From contig OZ241907.1 of NCBI GenBank assembly GCA_965203515.1, positions 3,712,001 to 3,776,000 of the forward strand: a stretch of DNA of 64,000 bases, read 5' to 3'. This document shows, one piece after another, positions 58,150 to 64,000 of this stretch. The notes beneath the pieces were generated by a model. That model was given only the letters and a program-made list of their open reading frames with translations, was not told where the DNA came from and searched no databases. Every line of letters starts with the position of its first letter. Within the stretch, counting starts at the first letter, position 1. The position numbers and the translations under genes are program-made. This stretch comes from Spirochaetia bacterium. Lineage in GTDB: Bacteria > Spirochaetota > Spirochaetia > SZUA-6 > Bin103.

Positions 58150-59373
58150 TTACAGCACCTTCCACCAGGGGGCGGCGAGCACGCCGGGGGCCAGCCATTC
58201 GAGCGTGGGGCCGGTGTGCAGCAGCAGTCCGGCCCGGGCCTGCTCGCCGTATTCGGCCCGGAAGGTGCGCAGATGCGCCGCGGCGCCGAGCCGCGGGCGG
58301 CTGGTCGCCTTGACCTCGACCGGCAGCAGACGATCGCCGGTCTCGATCACGAAGTCGACCTCCTCGCCGCCCGCGGTCCGCCAGTAGAGAACCTCGGCGC
58401 GGTCGAGGCGCGCGTCGCGCCAGGCCAGCAGGTCCTGCAGCACCAGGTTTTCCAGATACGCGCCGGGGACCTCGCCGGAGCCGGTCACGTGCAGCGCCAG
58501 CCCGGTGTCGGCCCAGTAGAGCCGGGGCGCCTTGATCAACCGCTTGGTGCGGTTCACGGCGTAGGCGGGTACCCGCACCAGGAGATAGGAGGTCTCGAGC
58601 AGGTTGAGATAGCGGTGGACGGTCGGCTGCGGCAGCGCCGTGTCGCGCCCCAGTTCGGTCTGGTTGACGAGCTGGCCAAGCCGTAGCGCGGCAGCGCGCA
58701 CCAGGCGCCGGAAGTCCGGCAGCGCGGCGATGGAGGAGAGCGACTGCAGGTCGCGTTCGAGGTAGGTGGTCACGTAGCCGTCGAACCACACCGCCCGCTC
58801 GCGTGCGGTCTCCATGCGCAAGGCCGGCACCGGAAAGCCGCCGCGGCGGGCCAGCTCCCGCCAATCGTCCGGCTCGCCGGGCTGCGCGGCCACCACGTCG
58901 CGCCACTCCGCGTCCGGCGTTGCCAACAACTCTTCCCAGATGCCGCAGCGGCCGAGTCCCCGCAGTTCGCGCCGCGTCATCGGCCACAGGGTGAGATAGC
59001 TCGCGCGGCCGGCGAGCGACTCCGCTACGCGGCGCATGAGGAGCAGGTTCGCCGAGCCGCTGAGCAGGAACTGCCCCGGCTGGCGGCGGCGGTCGATGGC
59101 CCGCTTGATGGCCAGCAGCAGATCGGGAGCGCGCTGCACCTCGTCCAGGGTGACCGGCTCGGCGCCGCCCACGAGCGCCTCCGGGTCGCGCCGCGCCGCG
59201 TCCAGCACGTCCAGGTCGTCCAGCGACAGGAACCGCCGCCGGCCCGGCGTGAGGTCCTGCGCCAGTGTGCTCTTGCCGGTCTGCCGGGCCCCGGTCACCA
59301 CCACCGCAGGCATCACGTTCAGGCGGTCGCGCAGGCTGCCGGCGACGTGCCGGGGAAGCGTATCGGTATTCAT
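58150..59373 (-). CDS. AAA_14 ATPase with DUF4143 domain
   Basis: GARQTGKST, LDEVQRAP, LSGSA, ESLAGR, GGFP, KAPRLYWADTG, EVDFV..VEVK. Confidence 0.9.
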   Translation of the reverse strand: MNTDTLPRHVAGSLRDRLNVMPAVVVTGARQTGKSTLAQDLTPGRRRFLSLDDLDVLDAARRDPEALVGGAEPVTLDEVQRAPDLLLAIKRAIDRRRQPGQFLLSGSANLLLMRRVAESLAGRASYLTLWPMTRRELRGLGRCGIWEELLATPDAEWRDVVAAQPGEPDDWRELARRGGFPVPALRMETARERAVWFDGYVTTYLERDLQSLSSIAALPDFRRLVRAAALRLGQLVNQTELGRDTALPQPTVHRYLNLLETSYLLVRVPAYAVNRTKRLIKAPRLYWADTGLALHVTGSGEVPGAYLENLVLQDLLAWRDARLDRAEVLYWRTAGGEEVDFVIETGDRLLPVEVKATSRPRLGAAAHLRTFRAEYGEQARAGLLLHTGPTLEWLAPGVLAAPWWKVL

Positions 59374-59412
59374 GTCGTGAATGATAGTCATTCACGACAT
59401 GAATGACTATCA
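59368..59412. promoter_or_regulatory. Two overlapping perfect inverted repeats over the start and -10 region of the DUF4143 ATPase gene
   Basis: 17-bp IR 59368-59384 / 59388-59404 and 13-bp IR 59382-59394 / 59400-59412. Confidence 0.75.
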
Positions 59413-59611
59413 CGTAGAGGGCATCTGTGTGCTGCGCCGAGTCCGCGGATTGCCGGTGTCCGAGCACATCCTGCCGTCCGCCACCACATGGCGGAAGGCT
59501 CGAAAAGCGGCGCGTGAAACACCTCCGCCGGCACTGAGCGTCGTTCGGCGGGACATCTGAGCGTGCGCATTGACAACCACACGCCCTCTTCTATTATCCT
59601 GAGTGAGAATC

Positions 59612-60958
59612 ATGAGCAAACCCGAATTCCGAAGGCTCGAACGAATCAAGGTCGATCGGCTCTTCAATGTCTACGATCATCGCATCGATCTCAAGCTGGA
59701 TGACCGCGTAACGCTGCTGCACGGACCCAACGGTACCGGGAAGACCGTCATTCTGCGAATGATCGATGCGTTGCTCAATGCTCGTCTTTCGTACTTTCAG
59801 AGGATTCCATTTTCGCGCCTTGCCGTTCAATTTCACGACGGAAGCGCGATAGAACTCCATAAGTTCGCAGCAGACGACGATGCGGCCAAGTTGAAGCTGT
59901 ACAGGAACGGCAAAGAAGAAGATTCAACCCAAGTCCGTCTGAGCATCGGAGCAGAACATATCGCCGCATCCATCAGCCACCTGCAGCCTCACCCGACCAT
60001 GCCGGATACCTGGATAGACATGCGTGACGGAGAAATACTTCCTTCAACGGAAGTCATCTCCCGTTACGGAAATCTTGTCTCACCACAATCAAGGACCGAA
60101 GAGGACAGCCCTCAAACACCGATCTGGTTTCGGGATTTCCTGAAGACCGCGAACACTCATCTGATCGAGGCGCAAAGATTGTTCCAGTTTGGACGAGGTC
60201 ACAGAGATCAACTACCACGTCGCCGCCGCTATTGGCAATCCGGCGCCGACGCGTTGGTTTCCACGGTAGTCGAATGTGGCCATGACTTCAGAACTCGCCT
60301 TGATGATACCATGGCCGATTATGGGCGAAAATCACAGACATTGGATCAGTCCTTTCCGCAGCGTTTGATTGCCGACGAAGAAGAGAAGATGTCCGTCGAG
60401 CTGCTTGAAGAAAGAATATCCGAGCTCGAAGAGAAAACGGCTGATCTGAAGAAGATCGGGATATTGGAAGAAACGCAGCCGAATCCAATTCACGAAGGAA
60501 TGAAGAACATCGATTCCACGCAGGCGCGCGTGATGACGTTGTACGTGCATGATACGACGGAGAAACTGGCGAAGCTGGATGTCTTGAAGGACCCCTCGCG
60601 CCTTCTTCTGGATAAGATGAACCAGAAGTATCGGCACAAGAAGATCCTCGTGGATCGCGAGCACGGTCTTGTCGCGGTGAGTGACGACGGTCAACGCCTG
60701 GAGTTGGACTGCCTTTCGTCCGGCGAGCAGCACGAGCTCGTCCTGTACTATGCTCTTCTGTTCAAGGTGCCGTCAAATACCATCGTCTTGATCGATGAAC
60801 CGGAACTGTCGCTTCACGTAGCGTGGCAAAAGAAGTTCCTTCCGGATCTCCTGGAGATCGTTGCACTGTCCAACTTCGACACGTTGATTGCGACCCATTC
60901 ACCGTACATCATCGGCGACAGAGCGGATCTGATGATCGGGCTCGGAGGCTCGGACTGA
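59612..60958 (+). CDS. ABC-type ATPase, PARIS AriA-like
   Basis: GPNGTGKT, LSSGEQHE, LIDEPELSLH, IATHSP; lower GC than the core genes. Confidence 0.85.
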   Translation: MSKPEFRRLERIKVDRLFNVYDHRIDLKLDDRVTLLHGPNGTGKTVILRMIDALLNARLSYFQRIPFSRLAVQFHDGSAIELHKFAADDDAAKLKLYRNGKEEDSTQVRLSIGAEHIAASISHLQPHPTMPDTWIDMRDGEILPSTEVISRYGNLVSPQSRTEEDSPQTPIWFRDFLKTANTHLIEAQRLFQFGRGHRDQLPRRRRYWQSGADALVSTVVECGHDFRTRLDDTMADYGRKSQTLDQSFPQRLIADEEEKMSVELLEERISELEEKTADLKKIGILEETQPNPIHEGMKNIDSTQARVMTLYVHDTTEKLAKLDVLKDPSRLLLDKMNQKYRHKKILVDREHGLVAVSDDGQRLELDCLSSGEQHELVLYYALLFKVPSNTIVLIDEPELSLHVAWQKKFLPDLLEIVALSNFDTLIATHSPYIIGDRADLMIGLGGSD

Positions 60959-61780
60959 GTGCCGGCGGGACACAAGAATCCGGGCATCATCGTAGCTGAA
61001 GTCAAGATGGAACGGCAGATGAACGACTGCTGTTCGGTCCTGATCGTCGAGGGTGCCGACGATGCTCGCTTCTGGGAGCCGCGAAGACACTCCGCTTGCG
61101 CAATGGTCGACAGCGAGGGTAAGCCGAACGTGGTGGAGGCCGTTCGACGGCTTGATGGAGATGTTGGAGGGGTGTTGGGCATCGTCGACGAGGATTACGA
61201 TTGCTTGATGGGGAAGAGCCTGGGATCGAGCAATCTGGTGGCGGTGTCGCCGCATGATCTCGAGTGTTTTCTGTTGTGTCATACGTCGGCGCTCGATAGC
61301 GTGTTGGCTGAGTTCGGAACGCGGACGAAGATAGCCTCCTTCGAGGCACGAGAAAGTACCGACATACGGACCGCGCTGTTGTATCGAGCAAGCGTTTTCG
61401 GGCAGATCAGGTGGGCACATGCGTGCGGTCTGAATATCCGCTCGCAGGAGATACGGATTCCGAGGTTCCTGGATGAAAGGACGTGGCAGGTGGACCGTCA
61501 GGGGCTGATTCGTGTGGCGGCGGCCGGTTTGGAGGACGAATTGGAACGCTGCATTGGCCGGCTGCCGAAGGTGCAACCGTGGCGGCTGGTACAAGGACAT
61601 GACGTGTTGGATGTTCTCCGGATTGGGCTCAGGAACGTTCTGGGTGACTTGCCCTCGAGTGTCGGGGTATCGGACATCGCGCACGTGCTCCGCGCTGCCG
61701 GAAGATTGGAAGGTACGACGCTGCTCGATGAAATCCGACGTTGGGAAGGAGCCAATCGGCCGTACCTTGTACTTCAGTAG
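60959..61780 (+). CDS. DUF4435 family TOPRIM-like protein, PARIS AriB-like
   Basis: LIVEGADD, GKPNV, GIVDEDYD, HDLE, QGHD; abuts the ATPase gene. Confidence 0.75.
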   Translation: MPAGHKNPGIIVAEVKMERQMNDCCSVLIVEGADDARFWEPRRHSACAMVDSEGKPNVVEAVRRLDGDVGGVLGIVDEDYDCLMGKSLGSSNLVAVSPHDLECFLLCHTSALDSVLAEFGTRTKIASFEARESTDIRTALLYRASVFGQIRWAHACGLNIRSQEIRIPRFLDERTWQVDRQGLIRVAAAGLEDELERCIGRLPKVQPWRLVQGHDVLDVLRIGLRNVLGDLPSSVGVSDIAHVLRAAGRLEGTTLLDEIRRWEGANRPYLVLQ

Positions 61781-61815
61781 CTGCTTACGGCAATGAAGTA
61801 TCTCGTAGGGCGGGA

Positions 61816-63423
61816 CTACATGCCCCACACGGTGACCGGCGCGCCGGCGGAGGATTCGGCGCGGCGGAACACCTTGTCGTTCCACGATTTGCCGGCGGTG
61901 CGGTCGAACAGCACCAGGTGGCCTTCGGCGGCCGCGCAGCGGTCCATCCAGGCGCGCGTCTGCGCCAGCCCGGTGCGGATGGTTTCGTCCAGGCTGCGGC
62001 GCACCAGCTTGCACTCGATCACCATCCGGCGCGTGCGTTCCCGGCGGGCGCGTTCCCGGGGCGCGCCGGCCGGCCAGACGATCAGCAGGTCGGTGCGCAT
62101 CCGCCCCAGACCGTACTCGCGCTCCACCCGGCCGCCGGAGTTGACCACGCGCTGCAGGAACGCCTGCAGCAGCAATTGCGGTCCCGCCTCCCGATATTGG
62201 AACCGCTCGATCCAGTGCTCGGAATGCTCGCGAAAGAAGGCCTGAAATGCGGCCAGCAGGTCGGCGAGCCGCAGCTCCCCCGTGTCGTCCACGTACCAGG
62301 CGGGGTCGTGCGTGAGGCCGGCCTGCGTGGTCCAGGTAAGGTCGCGCGGGATCACCTCCCGGTAGATCGGATTGGCAATGCGGATCGGGTCGTCACGCGC
62401 CACCAAGCCCAGGTCGCGCGCGTATTGCAGGTCGTCGGGCCGCATCTCCGGGTTCGCCTGGCCGCCGCTCAGCACCGGTCCGATCACCCGCCGCACGCGC
62501 TCTTCCCGCAGCTTGTCGGTGAGCTGATCGAGATGGGTCTCACGGCGCCGGATGAGCTGCTCGCGGGCGGCCTGGATATCCTCGCCGGCGATCTCCCGGC
62601 TGCGGTCGCGCCCGGCGGTGTTCCCGAAGCACGCTCCCTGGGCCAAGGCGTTGACCAGCCACGGCTGGCCGGCGGTCAGCTCCCACACCGTGCGCAGCGC
62701 GTCCTCAGTCCACCGCTGTCCGGTCTCCGCGGTATGCTGGCCGAGCAGCGCGCGCACATCGGCCTCCGCGAAGTCGCCGATGCGCAACGACGCGGCCTTG
62801 ACGTTGAAGGCGCTGCCGCCGGTGATGACCGCCTGCTCGGCGGCGGAGCGGATGCGGTAGTCGCGCACGTCGCGCACCCCGCACAGGATGACGCTCTGCG
62901 GGAAGCGGCGCGGGCGGTGCGCGTAGCCGGCGCGCAACTGCCGCAGCACGGCGATCAGGGTGTCGCCGACCAGCGCGTCGATCTCGTCGATCAGCAGCAC
63001 CAGCGGCGTGGGGTCCGCAGCCGCCCACCGCGCCAGCACCTGCCGCAGCACGCCCGCCGGTCCGGCGCGCTCCAGCAGCGCCGGCCACAGGCTGGCCGGC
63101 ACCGGGTCGTCGAGCGTCGCCTCCGCCTCAATCTCCAATTCGCTGAGGATGGCGCGCATCGCTTCCGCCCGGTCGTCGCGCGCCGCCTGGCCGGCCTCCA
63201 CGTTGACGTAGACGCACCGGTAGCGGCCGTGGCCGCCGCGGTTGAGCAGATCGCGCAACGCCAGCAGCGCCGACGTCTTGCCGGTCTGGCGCGGCGCGTG
63301 CAGCACGAAGTAGCGCTTGTCGCGGATCAGGTCGAGGATCTCGCGCCGATCGATCCGTTCGAGCGGCGGCACGCAGTAGTGATCGGCGGCCACGACCGGC
63401 CCCGATGTGTTGAAGAAGCGCAT
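61816..63423 (-). CDS. AAA-like ATPase with C-terminal PD-(D/E)XK-like domain
   Basis: MRFFNTSGP, HAPRQTGKTS, LLIDEID, REYGLGRMRTDL...IECK. Confidence 0.85.
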   Translation of the reverse strand: MRFFNTSGPVVAADHYCVPPLERIDRREILDLIRDKRYFVLHAPRQTGKTSALLALRDLLNRGGHGRYRCVYVNVEAGQAARDDRAEAMRAILSELEIEAEATLDDPVPASLWPALLERAGPAGVLRQVLARWAAADPTPLVLLIDEIDALVGDTLIAVLRQLRAGYAHRPRRFPQSVILCGVRDVRDYRIRSAAEQAVITGGSAFNVKAASLRIGDFAEADVRALLGQHTAETGQRWTEDALRTVWELTAGQPWLVNALAQGACFGNTAGRDRSREIAGEDIQAAREQLIRRRETHLDQLTDKLREERVRRVIGPVLSGGQANPEMRPDDLQYARDLGLVARDDPIRIANPIYREVIPRDLTWTTQAGLTHDPAWYVDDTGELRLADLLAAFQAFFREHSEHWIERFQYREAGPQLLLQAFLQRVVNSGGRVEREYGLGRMRTDLLIVWPAGAPRERARRERTRRMVIECKLVRRSLDETIRTGLAQTRAWMDRCAAAEGHLVLFDRTAGKSWNDKVFRRAESSAGAPVTVWGM

Positions 63424-63432
63424 CCTCTCAGG

Positions 63433-64000
63433 TCAGCCGTCGGCCACCTCGAACGCCGTCACGTTGCGCGTCTTGCGGCTGAACTCCACCCCGATCAGGT
63501 GGATCGGCTCACCACGGCCGCGGTACTTGGCCGCGTAGCCGCGCTCCCGCAACTGCGCCAGCGCTCCCCCCGGCGGCGCCGTCTCCACCACCTTGAACTC
63601 GAACAGGTAGACGTGGCCGCCGGTCCGCACCGCCATGTCCAGCCGCCCGCGCGCGCTCGATTCCTCCACCACGATGTCATACCCCAGCCCCGCGAAGTAC
63701 GAATAGAACACGCTCGCGTAGTACCCCTCGTAGCGGGCGATGTCATTGTTGGTGTGCCATTCATAGGGGATGCTGGCGAAGAAGGCGTGGAACAACTCCC
63801 GCAGGCCGGCGCAGTCGTGCGCTGCCAGCAGGCGCGCCAGACGGATGCTGTTGGCGGTCTGCCGCCCGGCGTCCTGCACCAGCCGGCGCAGCAGCACCCG
63901 ATTCAGGCTCTGCCGCACTTCCCGGTTCGGATAGCCCAGCCGATACAACGGCAACCCGCCCAGCTCTTCCTCCCCCGTGATCGTCAGGTAGCCGGTCTGG
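63433..64000 (-). CDS. AAA-ATPase-like / PD-(D/E)XK (PDDEXK_9) protein, C-terminal part (truncated by window edge)
   Basis: QTGYLTI..YPNREV, EGYYAS, GRLDM..FEFK, ALAQL...YAAKY. Confidence 0.85.
   Translation of the reverse strand, partial: QTGYLTITGEEELGGLPLYRLGYPNREVRQSLNRVLLRRLVQDAGRQTANSIRLARLLAAHDCAGLRELFHAFFASIPYEWHTNNDIARYEGYYASVFYSYFAGLGYDIVVEESSARGRLDMAVRTGGHVYLFEFKVVETAPPGGALAQLRERGYAAKYRGRGEPIHLIGVEFSRKTRNVTAFEVADG

Overview
This is a very GC-rich bacterial window. The lineage may be a high-GC spirochaete; this is inferred only from the 'FATGSTEE'-type signal on the solute-binding protein, the CAVCDGA-type thioredoxin reductase and a Borrelia-like mevalonate cluster. 1-14 kb is a mosaic of metabolic and redox genes with restriction-related insertions: a Schlafen/AlbA_2 protein, a convergent type II R-M pair, Uma2, a solitary hsdS and a frameshifted HNH gene. 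14-42 kb is housekeeping: dus, lipA, iscA-like, queG-mnmE-mnmG-FNR, miaB coupled to a five-gene mevalonate operon, a cation antiporter with a PTS-IIA/PII-like partner, an E2 acyltransferase with a VNTR, a cysteine synthase/JAB/Ubl-MoeB-rhodanese module, leuCD and ilvD. 42.4-64 kb is a dense defence island. Its main feature is two full-length DUF1156-type DNA methyltransferase genes in inverted orientation. They are near-identical at both ends but carry different central target-recognition segments, and they bracket a HEPN-DUF499 ATPase and other ATPase modules. This looks like a specificity-switching (shufflon-like) version of a DUF499/DUF1156 restriction-like system. The island also holds a repeat-flanked DUF433/DUF5615 TA pair, XRE-ImmA with a broken PIN gene, a PARIS-like pair and AAA/PD-(D/E)XK genes. 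No rRNA, tRNA, CRISPR array, transposase or integrase was recognised. All family assignments come from motifs read by eye, not from database searches.
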